A stretch of DNA of 64,000 bases, from assembly GCF_032444005.1 (NCBI RefSeq), contig NC_091289.1:170872001-170936000 (forward strand). The letters run 5' to 3'. A model generated the notes under the pieces. That model was not told where the DNA came from. It made no database searches and saw only the letters and a list, made by a program, of their open reading frames with translations. Positions 1-12,018 of this stretch are shown here, piece by piece; within the stretch, counting starts at the first letter, position 1, and the number at the start of each line of letters is the position of its first letter. Both the position numbers and the translations under genes were made by a program. The DNA is from Ranitomeya imitator (taxonomy: Eukaryota).

Positions 1-374
1 GACTCCCGTGTGGTTGGCATAGTAGGGAGCATGCAAGGCTACCACTTTCAAGACCAGTTGTGTACTACAACTCTAACCTCCTTACCCCCCGTTCATGTGA
101 TTGGTGGAGGTCCCAGTGGTTGGACCCCCGATCACAAATTTATCACCTATCCCTTGTTTTTGGTGGTATTTCTCCTTGAAGCCGCTGATCCAAGGCTGAG
201 TAGAGGACATTACAGCAGCTTTCACCAGTCACTGATGCTTTGTGGCAATACATAGTCCCTGGTCTAAATACTCCTAATACACTGATTTTATTGCAGTGTC
301 TGATCTATGGCAGACTAAATAAAAAAACAGCCAAGACATAAATTAGGAAGTATACATCGGATTAGGTAACTTGC

Positions 375-545
375 CGTTATTGAGTTGAACAGGTAATCCA
401 GCCACCCGGTTAGGAGTGATGAGCCGCTGATCGTCCGGAAACCAGGCTTCATTAATGGCGTTCTTAGTAGAAAAGTTTATGAGTCTCTGCCTCAGTTCTG
501 TCACCGACATATCGGGCTTACCGTTAAGTATCATTGCTGCAATAC
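375..545 (-). CDS. PCSK9: PCSK9 exon 8 (end of catalytic domain and hinge); donor probably GC
   Basis: ttttag|GT ATT GCA...; [10 protein letters not shown]...[21 protein letters not shown]. The only phase-1 boundary near the homologous position is G|GCAAGT (171 nt vs 174 in human). Remaining exons lie outside the window. Confidence 0.88.
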
Positions 546-569
546 CTAAAACAGAATGATCGATATGCT

Positions 570-1224
570 GCTCAGCAACAGCCAGGGCATTACTACGAAG
601 GGACAAGGATGGGCAGCGCCCAGCAGGACGGTGTGGAGTGCAGCAAGGAGCAGTCGGGAAATGTGAACCGCTGTGATAGGAACTGCGTATGGGAAGGGGC
701 AGGAGAGGCGGGAGCCAGCACAGTGAGACGGCCAGGAAAGGAACATAAGAAGGGGCTTCTGGCAAGGTGGACCCCAAATTACCTGAGAGCTGGCTGGACC
801 ACAGGCCCGGAGGACACAGCACCTGCCTGGGACTGCACTTAAGAACTGTGAGTAAAAGTGTGGAAACTGCAACCTGCTATGTCCTCTGAATTATTACTGC
901 GTCATCTGCCCTGCATCACAACATTCACCATCACTGACTTTAACTCTTTAACTGCCCTGGGGCCTAGCTCTACCCATGGAGAGCTGAAACATCTCTGCTG
1001 CGTCACCATCTGCCCCAGTGGACCTGAACCACAGCGTCGGCCATTTCCCTATTGCTGAGCACCACGGGTGGCATCACAAACTAATCCCTTATAAACTTTA
1101 TTCCCCTTTAATTTGACTTTTATTGGACGCCAAGGGCCACAGACCAGTCACTGCTACCGTGACCACCCCTTTAAGAACCGTCGGATCCGGCCTGAGTTCC
1201 CCACGGCCCTAGTGGGCGCTCCAT
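570..1224. mobile_element. Possible LTR fragment in PCSK9 intron 7
   Basis: GC-rich non-coding segment ending ...CCCCACGGCCCTAGTGGGCGCTCCA; identity inferred only. Confidence 0.3.
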
Positions 1225-2333
1225 ATGCAGTGGTGGGCATGTTAGTTATAGAAAGTAGTGCACAGGTTTAGACATGGTTAATATGTTTGGGACCAGCCCA
1301 GCATGAGAGGGGGTTGTCATATTAAAAGGGGAAAACTTTTTTGTTAGATTAGTTGAAGATGGAGAGATAGATAAAGTAATAGTAAGAATTCAAAGCCAGA
1401 GGGCTGGATGGCACAAGAACTACGCATTGTTCTGGCAGTATGAGAACATCAGCAATGGTCTTCAGCGGACATTCCTGTAATGTGTGTGGCCTACGGCCTG
1501 AACTAGGCACTGGGAAGTCTGCCTTATTCCCTTCCAACAAGTGGAAACCAGACAGGGAAATGAATGAGGGAGGCGGGATGGGTCTTGTGAATACTGCGGA
1601 GCTGGGCAGAGTATGCAGGAGGTGAATGAGCCAGAAAGGGAAGGGATAGCGAATGGAGAACATGGAAATGTGATTTGTCATGAATTGAACTCATACTATT
1701 AAGTAAAGCTGAACTGGTTGTTAAGCAGCGAGTGTCCCCTGATTTATGTGCGGCTGACCTTGGACCAAAGGACGTGGATGCAGCGGAGACCTCCGGCCTA
1801 AAAGTTAATACACTGCAGTGTACACAGCACACTTAGGGACTGGGACACTGTTTATTTGTGCGGTGCCAGGGTTTGGGAATGCAGCCCCTCAACCACGACC
1901 AATAGCCTATATACCTTACAAATGCGGGTCTTAAGCACAAAATGAGGGCTAAAATCAAGTACAGCTGCTCGGTGCACCCTTGGCGTGACTGATCAGTTCA
2001 GTGCATCTTTCCACCTATCTCCGACTTTCTTTGTCACCTGTAAAGCCAGAGATGCCAATCAAGGAAGAAAAGGGTGGAGAAAGATGGAAAACAAGTACGT
2101 GGGAACTACTCGGCCACGCCATGGCTGCACCGAGCGCCTGTGCTTGGCTTGAACAGTCATTTTGCTCTAACAAACTCCCTTAAAACAAGGTCATTAGGAA
2201 GCAGCGGGACAAGGGCAGTGCTATGACAATGAACAGGACATTCTACTCACAAAGATGTCTGTCAGCTACAAAATTAACCAAAGCAGTTATTTACTTTCAA
2301 CCTCTTATTTTCTGTAAAGGTCAATCCCCATAC

Positions 2334-2517
2334 CTGCCACGTGCGCGGCTGCTTGAGATGTTCCACTCTTCGATGTAAAACAAGTACTGCAGTCACTGGA
2401 CGCACCGATGATATCATCTCCAGGGGCAAACATATCAACACAATTGCCAAAATTAGTGCCAAGTGCTCCCATTGTTACTGGTTGGTCTTCATAGTTGGTG
2501 GCTCCAACTGTTATCAC
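2334..2517 (-). CDS. PCSK9: PCSK9 exon 7 (catalytic Ser, [10 protein letters not shown])
   Basis: 184 nt as in human; [13 protein letters not shown]...[36 protein letters not shown]; AG/GT flanks. Confidence 0.97.
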
Positions 2518-2759
2518 CTGCAAACAGAAGAGATCCATCATATCATGATGTAGTGTAATTGTAGGGTTAAGACACTTATAAATAATCTCGTTTGTAATAT
2601 CTAGTCAGAGAAATCTGCGTTTTTCTCCTCCTGCACTTATTTTTTTTAATCTAAGTTCATTGTTAAAATCTGCAAATTCTGTCTTTAGTGAATACAGATT
2701 TTTCCATTACTGAGATATAAGATGACAGTTGGTGCTTTTAAGGTTCTATAGAGGAGGGG

Positions 2760-3593
2760 GGAACTAGAAGCAGACACAGGCATTCTAGGGAGGAGCTATA
2801 GGCAGACACAGATATTCTAGGGAGGAGCTAGAAGCAATCACAGACATTCTAGGGAGGAGCTAGAGGCAGACACAGACATTCTAGGGAGGAGCTAGAAGCA
2901 ATCACAGATATTCTAGGGAGGAGCTAGAAGCAATCACAGATATTCTAGGGAGGAGCTATAGGCAGACACAGATATTCTAGGGAGGAGCTATAGGCAGACA
3001 CATATATTCTAGGGAGGAGCTAGAAGCAATCACAGACATTCTAGGGAGGAGCTAGAAGCAATCACAGATATTCTAGGGAGGAGCTAGAGGCAGACAGATA
3101 TTCTAGGGAGGAGCTAGAGGGAGACACAGAAATTCTAGGGAGGAGCTAGAGGAAGACACAGAAATTCTAGGGAGGAGCTAGAGGCAGACACAGACATTCT
3201 AGGGAGGAGCTAGAGGCTGACAGACATTCTAGGGAGGAGCTAGAGGGAGACACATTCTAGGGAGGAGCTAGAGGGAGACAGACATTCTAGGGAGGAGCTA
3301 GAGGCAGACACAGACATTCTAGGGAGTATGAGGCTGACAGACATTCTAGGGAGGAGCTAAAGGCAGACACAGACATTCTAGGGAGGAGCTAGAGGCAGAC
3401 ACAGACATTCTAGGGAGTATGAGGCTGACAGACATTCTAGGGAGGAGCTAAAGGCAGACACAGACATTCTAGGGAGGAGCTAGAGGCAGACACAGACATT
3501 CTAGGGAGTATGAGGCTGACAGACATTCTAGGGAGGAGCTAAAGGCAGACACAGACATTCTAGGGAGGAGCTAAAGGCAGACACAGACATTCT
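2760..3593. repeat. ~30-32 bp minisatellite in PCSK9 intron 6
   Basis: Tandem ATTCTAGGGAGGAGCTAGAGGCAGACACAGAC variants. Confidence 0.95.
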
Positions 3594-3785
3594 ACTGCAA
3601 GTTCTCCTGAAACAACAGTTATAATTTAAAGGCGTTGTCCGGGACTTTAACACTGATGGCCTATCCTCAGGATAGGTAATCAGTGTCTGATCAGTGGGGA
3701 TACAGTTCTGTCTCCCTGGAGCTGCCACTAAGCTCCACAGCTCCTCCTAGTCATGGCTGATGACAGACAGAAGGTTATCATTTAA

Positions 3786-4588
3786 AGGGAACCTGTCACC
3801 CCCAAAATCGAAGGTGAGCTAAGGGTACGTTCAGACTAGCGTTGTGCTAGTGTGCGTCGGCGCCGCGTCGAGCGACGCAGCGGCGACGCACGCGTCATGC
3901 GCCCCTATGTTTAACATGGGGGACGCATGCGTTTTTGCTTGTTGCGTTTTGCGACAAATGCGTCTTTTTTGCCGCAAGCGTCGGACCAAGAAAACGCAAC
4001 AAGTTGCATTTTTCTTGCGTCCGATTTTCGGCAAAAAACTACGCACGCGTCGCAAAACGCCGGCGCACAACGCTAGTCTGAACGTAGCCTAAGCCCACCA
4101 GCATCAGATGCTTATCTACAGCATTCTGTAATGCTGTAGATAAGCCCCCAATGTAATCTGAAAGATGAGAAAATGAGGTTAGATTATACTCACCCAGGGG
4201 CGGTCCTGCTGCGGTCCAGTCCAATGGGTGTCGCGGTCCGGTCCAGCGCCTCTTATGATGACATCCTCTTCTTGTCTTCAATGCCGCGGAAAGGTCAGAG
4301 GCCTGGCGCCTACGCACTGCAGTACTTTGCTCTGCCCTCAACAGGACAGAGCCGCAGCGTGAAGACAAGAAGAGGACGTCATCGTAAGAAGATGGGAGGC
4401 CCTGGACCGGACGGCGACGCCCATCAGATCGGACCACCTGCCTGCCCAGGTGAGTATAATCCAACCTCTTTTTTTTCATCTTTCAGGTTACATCGGGGGC
4501 TTATCTACAGCATTACAGAATGCTGTAGATAAGCCCCTGATGCCGGTGGGCTTAGTTCACCTTCGATTTTGGGGGTGACAGGTTCCCT
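3786..4588. mobile_element. Kolobok/T2-type MITE with long TIRs
   Basis: TTAA TSD (3782-3785, 4589-4592); termini AGGGAACCTGTCACCCCCAAAATCGAAG...CTTCGATTTTGGGGGTGACAGGTTCCCT. Confidence 0.85.
3823..4089. mobile_element. Harbinger-type MITE nested in the left arm of the T2 MITE
   Basis: TAA TSD (3820-3822, 4090-4092); TIR GG(G/C)TACGTTCAGACTAGCG; removing it restores GAGCTAAGCCCACC, which mirrors the right arm. Confidence 0.88.
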
Positions 4589-4660
4589 TTAACTTTGGTC
4601 TTTTCAGATGGGCCCATTACCAAGAAAATAGAAGTTTGACCACTATACAGGTATACTAAC

Positions 4661-4857
4661 CTCTGGTTCTGAAGCTGGTGAGTACAGACAAGCATCATCC
4701 TTATAATTCCCGGCAGCGGCAATAATTATGACCCCAGAATTAATAAGCATCCGACTGGCCATATTGAGTGTTTGACTATACCCTCCAACAAAGGGAATGA
4801 GAATTATCAGGGGGCTGTATGGCTGCTCAGTCACTGCTTTCATTATGTACTCCAGAC
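4661..4857 (-). CDS. PCSK9: PCSK9 exon 6 (oxyanion Asn, AAGN)
   Basis: 197 nt as in human; GLEYIMK...AAAGNYKDDACLYSPASEPE; AG/GT flanks. Confidence 0.97.
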
Positions 4858-5749
4858 CTGCAACAAATCCACAAGCATATATACAGGATTAGAACCCGTT
4901 GTTTATTGGAGTTTTTTTTAGAAACAGCACAGCTTTTGTCAATGGACTGTGTCTGATATGGAAGCTCTATGCAAATTACTTAAATGGGCTGAAGTGCAGT
5001 ACCAGACACAACAAACAACAAAGCAAATTTTAAAACATTTAAGCCAAATACTGATAGAGATTAGCTGAATACAGACGTCCGTGTTTCACAGTCCGTCAAT
5101 GGACCACAATGCCAGGATTGACATTGGGTTTCCTAACCCGAACAAACAGGCATATATGAGGCTGCTCGCTCAGATCAAAAGACATGAAAGATTGTGGGCC
5201 ATATGCTGAACATATTCATAGGGGCCAACTAATCCAGTGCATGGCAAAATTGTGTAATTTTAACATATTAGGCTTCTTTATTCCATGCAGTCATATAATA
5301 TCAGAACTTAGGGGGCATTTAGAAAAGTAAATAATTAGCACAGTAGCATTTGTAAAAATATGCTGGCAATCACCCGCCAGACGAGAAAAGGACCCGATAA
5401 GTGACCGAATTATTAAAACCTGGGAAAAAAATCATTATTGAGAGAACAACACCCGATGTAAACAGGAAATGTACTGTATGGGGACAGATCGATCATATTA
5501 ATGATAGTTCAGTCCCCATCATTGTTCGTCTTCCTGTGTAAATAGGGCTGGTAAATGAGCAGTAAACGACTTGTCCTATAGACTCATTAAGGTGCATTGG
5601 TTTGCCGAAATCATTGCCTCTAAATGCACCATTATATTGTATGTTTTACATATGGCGCAGGTCTCTTTACACCTACACTGTACCATACGTTAACCACACG
5701 CACCGCCAACACACATCCCAAACATTACAATGACTAGTAGAGGACGTAC

Positions 5750-5891
5750 CCATCAGACTTCCGCTCACTGTCCCTTTACCCTGACAGTTCAATACTCGTA
5801 AGCTGCGCAGATTTACACCTTTGGCAACACCGGCGTCTCTTCCATTCAAAACACCGGCCAAGTGGGTCCCATGGCTCTCACATTTACTGGC
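5750..5891 (-). CDS. PCSK9: PCSK9 exon 5 (catalytic His, SHGTH)
   Basis: 142 nt as in human; [25 protein letters not shown]...[14 protein letters not shown]; AG/GT flanks. Confidence 0.97.
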
Positions 5892-6054
5892 CTATAAGAA
5901 AAAGTGGAAAAGAAATTTGAATTTCATGTAATTCCATTAAAGGACCCCTTTGTATGAAAAATGGTGAAGCCAAGTGGTCATCATACACCACCACCACCAT
6001 GTCCATCATCAGTTATTCTATGTAATCATTCACCTTGCCCAAACTACAACCAAC

Positions 6055-6188
6055 CTGACGATAGAATCTGGTCCCATCTTCCTCGGGGACATTCTCGAAT
6101 TCCGTGATGAGAACCTTGCCTTCGATTTCCCTATGGGTGCTCTGAATGCTGGTGTCTAACAGATATATGTCCACTGACTCCCCTGTGT
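6055..6188 (-). CDS. PCSK9: PCSK9 exon 4 (catalytic Asp, YLLDTS)
   Basis: 134 nt as in human; [20 protein letters not shown]...DGTRFYRQ; AG/GT flanks. Confidence 0.97.
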
Positions 6189-6757
6189 CTAAGGAGAAGA
6201 TGGAAGGTAAACTTACACAGTATAAAGTAATGGTGACCGAATAAAACAAGCAGGTAATGGTGTGCAGGTCTCGATGTACACAGCTTCTTTCTTCCCAGCG
6301 TTCCTGAGTTATTTGCTCCTCTGGAACAGCTATTAATGGCAGTGAATACTATACTGACAGGCGTTGTAAGGTTTGTAGACTATTAGTTTTACACTTTAGC
6401 AGTAAAGTCAGCTGAGGAGGCCAATTTCGGCACGACTACCCAAGCATCTTATATGGATGGAGGCTTCTCACCTTTCCCCAGACGACCATCAGTGCTTTTT
6501 TGTGCCATGAAAGTCCAACAAAGTTGCCACATTGTAGGTAGATATCTAAATGTTAAAGGGAATCCAGCACCGCTCACTTTGGCATCACAGGAAAGTGGTG
6601 CCGGTGACTTTATGACCCTACACACCAGCCAAGACGCTTTCTTGATCAGCAGTTATCGTGCACATGTACTAATCTAATATGTGCACAATACCTGCTAATA
6701 CATTCACGAGTCTCAGCAGGCATGCAGGGTCGTAATGTCATCGGCACTGCTCACCAC

Positions 6758-7067
6758 TAGTGATGAGCGAACGTGCTCGGATAATGTCTTATTAGAGCAT
6801 GCTTGGGGGTTAGAGAGTATCTTGGGTGTGCTCGTATATTATGTTCGAGTCCCGGCGGCTGCATGATTTACAGCTGTTTGACAGCCTGAACACATGTGAG
6901 GATTCCATAACAAACAGGCAGCCCCCATATGTGTTGTGTCTGTCTAACAGCTGCAAATCATGCAGCCGCAGTGACTCGGACATAATATACGAGCACACCC
7001 AAGATACTCAGATAACACCCGAGCATGTTCCGATAAGACGTTATCCGAGCACATTCGTTCATCACTA
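6758..7067. mobile_element. hAT-type MITE in PCSK9 intron 3
   Basis: TIR TAGTGATGA(G/A)CGAA; 8-bp TSD CTCACCAC on both sides. Confidence 0.9.
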
Positions 7068-7607
7068 CTCACCACCAATGTGTTAGTTAATGGAGCCGGA
7101 TAAACCCTTTAATTTGCCCTGTTGGATTTTTTCACTCGTTATATATGAAAAACTGTTCATGCCAAATAACAGAACTGCGTCCAATCAATAGAACGTCTTC
7201 CACGGTAGCGGTGGAGCAGCGATTTCTCATTTTCTTCCATTTTTGGTCCATTTTCACCATCCGTGTTTCTTGTTTTTTCCAAGTGTCTCCTATCCATTGT
7301 GTGCTGCTGCTGCTGCTTTTTTTTTTATTTACATAGGCGAGTTTGATCCATGACTGATCAAAAATGGACAAGTCTCCATTTTTTGGAGGCATGAAGGGTT
7401 GTCAGATAGTGAACACAGACATGTGAACAGCCCCACGGAGTATAATGGGTGCGTATTCTATCAGTGGAATACACAGATAGAACACGTACATAAAGAAACA
7501 ACGTCTAAATGAGGCTTAACCCACATATTATAATCAGTTCTAGCTTGTACAGGATAAAAAAATTTGTGTATGCATAAGATATATATGAATGGTAAGAAAT
7601 ATCCTAC

Positions 7608-7731
7608 TTGGGGGGTTGAAGTGGTTGGCGACATGTGGAGCGGGCACAATCCTGTCAAGGTTCCACGGCACAGTCTGGCCAAACACATAGGAATCTTCCT
7701 CAATATAGTCTACATGTGGCAGCTTCAGGGC
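7608..7731 (-). CDS. PCSK9: PCSK9 exon 3 (autocleavage site VFGQ|TVP)
   Basis: 124 nt as in human; ALKLPHVDYIEEDSYVFGQTVPWNLDRIVP...; AG/GT flanks. Not in the ORF track; found by reading the minus strand. Confidence 0.96.
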
Positions 7732-8130
7732 CTAAGGGATAGAAAGTGGGTATATTTTACTGTTAGTCTAAGTTCACATGTTCAGGATTTTCTGCAGATT
7801 TGCAGCAATTTACAGCAAAATCCAAATAATTGGGTATTTCAACAATTTATTCACACTTTGCGGTAAAAAAATAAAGACAAACTTAAAGTATCAAATCTGC
7901 AACGTGGTCAATCATGTACGGATTTTCTGATTTTCATGGCGGATTTCACCATATTCAATGCTTTGTCTGATGTAAGGTGAAATCCGCAACCAAATCTGCA
8001 ACAAAATTTGCAGGTAACACATATGGATTCATTGCTGATTTGTGACCAAATTCGTTGAAGAATATTTTTTTTTCTTTTACTATTTTTCCAAATTAAACAA
8101 TGAATGAAATGATGAATATCTGCCACTTAC

Positions 8131-8322
8131 CATCTCTAGGAGATCACTGCTCATCCTTACCACAAACCCACGAAACAGTTCATGGAAAGTATAGAGGATT
8201 TTGGTTAGGTAGCCATGCTTGGCCGCTCTGGTCTGCAAATGACGGATTACTCTTTCTATCTGGGACTTGTGAACATTTTCTTTTAAGACCACCACGTACT
8301 GGCCGGACATTCTCCAGGCATC
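8131..8322 (-). CDS. PCSK9: PCSK9 exon 2 (prodomain, inhibitor I9-like)
   Basis: 192 nt as in human; tttttag|GAT...ATG|gtaagt; [15 protein letters not shown]...[11 protein letters not shown]...RMSSDLLEM. Confidence 0.96.
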
Positions 8323-9188
8323 CTAAAAAGAAATAGTCTTTGGTCATTGGATGGGGCAAGGCAAAGTAAAACAAGTAGATTCATACAAAATGTGCCAGGA
8401 TACAAAACAAATGTGACATGCAAAACTTTGTTCCAGAATTTGAAGGAACTTACTGAATTTGAAAAGTGTGAAGAAAAATGGGCATGACCTCCAAAGATAC
8501 ATGGAGTAATATATAGTAAATTGATTAAAAAGGTCAAACCTGTAGGGAATTTTTATGCATGTTGATAGCAAATGTAAACTGAATTATCTGTCTTCTTAAG
8601 AAGTCAAATTGTGCCAAATTTGTTGAAAGGTGGGTTCCTGTTTCCTGTGTGGAACAGACATGATTTGAAGCTGAATGGGGGTAAGGATGGTGAACTTTGG
8701 GACCTCTATTTATTTGCAGCCTATATCACGTTGGAGCACGAGCCGCGGTGCTATGTGGCGCCATTGGATGTCAGATGCTGTGACTGAATGAGAAGTCATC
8801 TGGCTGACAGTTCCCGGGCAGATTGGCGAGGTCCAGGAAGGGGTTTGTGTTGGCCAAAAGCAGAGCATGGCGACGTTGATATGCTTCAGAGAGGGGAGCC
8901 CACATGAGGAGACGATTTGGTGCCATTATGGGAGTGTGCAGACTATAGGCATGAGCAGACGCTATGTGCAGTTTAAGGCCAGGACCTGATCACCTGAAGA
9001 AGCAAGATTGTTTCTTTGAGGCGAAACAGAGAAGATGGAAACCTATGGCTATGAAGGTGGTAAACTGGAGGTTACGAATAGTGACGGGGAGGTCTTTGTG
9101 GAGCTTATAAGGTCTAATCATGAAAAAGGTGGTCCAGCAAGTACTCTGTGTCAAGCACTGCTGAGAAAAGTGTGAAGGAGACAAAGCA

Positions 9189-11408
9189 GTAGAGAGCAGG
9201 GTCTGTGTGAAAGAGACAGAGCCATAGAGAACAGAGTCTGTGTTATGGAGACAGAGTCCCAGAGAGCAGGGTCTGTGTGAATGAGACAGAGCAATAGCAA
9301 GCAGGGTCTGAGTGATGAAGACAGAGCCCTAGAGAGCAGGGTCTGTGTGATGAAGACAGAGCCCTAGAGAGCAGGGTCTGTGTGATGGAGACAGAGCACT
9401 AGAGAGCAGGTTCTGTATGAAGGAGACAGGGCCATAGAGAGTAGGGTCTGTGCAAAGGAGACAGAGCCATAGAGAACAGAGTCTGTGTGAATGAGACAGA
9501 GTCATAGCAAGAAGGGTATGTGTGATGGAGACAGAGTCATAGAGAGCAGTGTTTGTGTGAAGGAGAGATAGCCCTAGAGAGCAGTGTCTGTGTGATGGAG
9601 ACAGTCACAGAGAACAGATCTGTTTGAAGGAGACAGTCACAGAGAGCAGGGTCTGTGTGATGAATACAAAGTCAGAGAGAGCAGGGTCTGTGTGATGGCT
9701 ACAGAGCCCTAGAGAGCAGGGTCTGTGTGATGGATACAGAGCCCAAGAGAGCAGGGTCTGTGTGATGGAGACAGAGCCCAAGAGAGCAGGGTCTGTGTGA
9801 TGGAGACAGAGCCCTAGAGAGCAGGGTCTGTGTGATGGAGACAGAGCCCAAGAGAGCAGGGTCTGTGTGATGGATACAGAGCCCTAGAGAGCAGGGTCTG
9901 TGTGATGGAGACAGAGTCCAAGAGAGCAGTGTCTGTGTGATGGATACAGAGCCCAAGAGAGCAGGGTCTGTGTGATGGATACAGAGCCCAAGAGAGCAGG
10001 GTCTGTGTGATGGAGACAGAGCCCAAGAGAGCAGGGTCTGTGTGATGGATACAGAGCCCAAGAGAGCAGGGTCTCTGTGATGGAGACAGAGCCCAAGAGA
10101 GCAGGGTCTGTGTGATGGATACAGAGCCCTAGAGAGCAGGGTCTGTGTGATGGATACAGAGCCCTAGAGAGCAGGGTCTGTGTGATGGATACAGAGCCCA
10201 AGAGAGCAGGGTCTGTGTGATGGAGACAGAGCCCAAGAGAGCAGGGTCTGTGTGATGGAGACAGAGCCCTAGAGAGCAGGGTCTGTGTGATGGAGACAGA
10301 GTCCAAGAGAGCAGGGTCTGTATGGTGGATACAGAGCCCAAGAGAGCAGGGTCTGTGTGATGGATGCAGAGCCCAAGAGAGCAGGGTCTGTGTGATGGAG
10401 ACAGAGTCCAAGAGAGCAGGGTCTGTGTGATAGAGACAGAGCCCAAGAGAGCAGTGTCTGTGTGATGGATACAGAGCCCAAGAGAGCAGGGTCTGTGTGA
10501 TGGATACAGAGCCCAAGAGAGCAGGGTCTGTGTGATGGAGACAGAGCCCAAGAGAGCAGGGTCTGTGTGATGGATACAGAGCCCAAGAGAGCAGGGTCTC
10601 TGATGGAGACAGAGCCCAAGAGAGCAGGGTCTGTGTGATGGATACAGAGCCCTAGAGAGCAGGGTCTGTGTGATGGATACAGAGCCCTAGAGAGCAGGGT
10701 CTGTGTGATGGATACAGAGCCCAAGAGAGCAGGGTCTGTGTGATGGAGACAGAGCCCAAGAGAGCAGGGTCTGTGTGATGGATACAGAGCCCAAGAGAGC
10801 AGGGTCTGTGTGATGGAGACAGAGCCCAAGAGAGCAGGGTCTGTGTGATGGATACAGAGCCCAAGAGAGCAGGGTCTGTGTGATGGAGACAGAGCCCAAG
10901 AGAGCAGGGTCTGTGTGATGGATACAGAGCCCAAGAGAGCAGGGTCTGTGTGATGGAGACAGAGCCCAAGAGAGCAGGGTCTGTGTGATGGATACAGAGC
11001 CCTAGAGAGCAGGGTCTGTGTGATGGATACAGAGCCCAAGAGAGCAGGGTCTGTGTGATGGAGACAGAGCCCAAGAGAGCAGGGTCTGTGTGATGGAGAC
11101 AGAGCCCTAGAGAGCAGGGTCTGTGTGATGGATACAGAGCCCTAGAGAGCAGGGTCTGTGTGATGGATACAGAGCCCTAGAGAGCAGGGTCTGTGTGATG
11201 GATACAGAGCCCAAGAGAGCAGGGTCTGTGTGATGGATACAGAGCCCAAGAGAGCAGGGTCTGTGTGATGGAGACAGAGCCCAAGAGAGCAGGGTCTGTG
11301 TGATGGATACAGAGCCCAAGAGAGCAGGGTCTGTGTGATGGAGACAGAGCCCAAGAGAGCAGGGTCTGTGTGATGGATACAGAGTCACAGACAGTAGTAG
11401 GGTCTGTG
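9189..11408. repeat. 35-bp minisatellite (~60 copies) in PCSK9 intron 1
   Basis: AGAGAGCAGGGTCTGTGTGATGGA(G/T)ACAGAGCCC(A/T) in tandem. Confidence 0.97.
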
Positions 11409-11969
11409 TGAGGGAGTGAGAATGATTCTGAGCCCACAAGGGTGGTTGTGATTTTGGTGTGAGACGAGTGAAGTAACCCTGTGTTGTTCTGGTCCCTATG
11501 AGGAAAACTGAGGCCAGAGAAAGAGGGATGTACAATGTGTCCTGGGTTCCTTCAGTTTGGTCTATTCAGCAATGTTTATCCCTCATGTGAATGTTGAAAC
11601 CACTTACTCTATGGTGCCCTTTAAAGTGGCAGTAGCCAGTACACCCCGTATCTGCCATCGTGTCGAGTAAAGCCATCCTGTCCAAATTATGTTGCACTAG
11701 TTTTATAGGGGAACTGTTACCCACCCATCACCTATCCCTCCCCCTCCCCGTCTTAGTGACGATGGAGTCTAGTGCTCTAGAACTAACTGTGATGGTCACA
11801 GATTATTATTAAAAAGGCGAATGGGAGGGAACAGGGTGAGGAGGCGCCATCCATGTAGTCAAAAGCAGTTATGGAAATGTCTGCCAGTCCCGAGCTAAAT
11901 TATAGATCTCTGTGCTGGAACTAGTGGGAGAAATGTGTAGTCAGCAGAGAACAAGGGGTTGTATATACA

Positions 11970-11976
11970 GTATATA

Positions 11977-12014
<38 letters not shown>
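11970..12014. repeat. (TA)n microsatellite
   Basis: Direct reading. Confidence 0.95.

Positions 12015-12018
<4 letters not shown>

Noticed and set aside
9699-11535. Repetitive ORFs of 120-256 aa
   Set aside because: Artefact of the stop-free 35-bp minisatellite in PCSK9 intron 1
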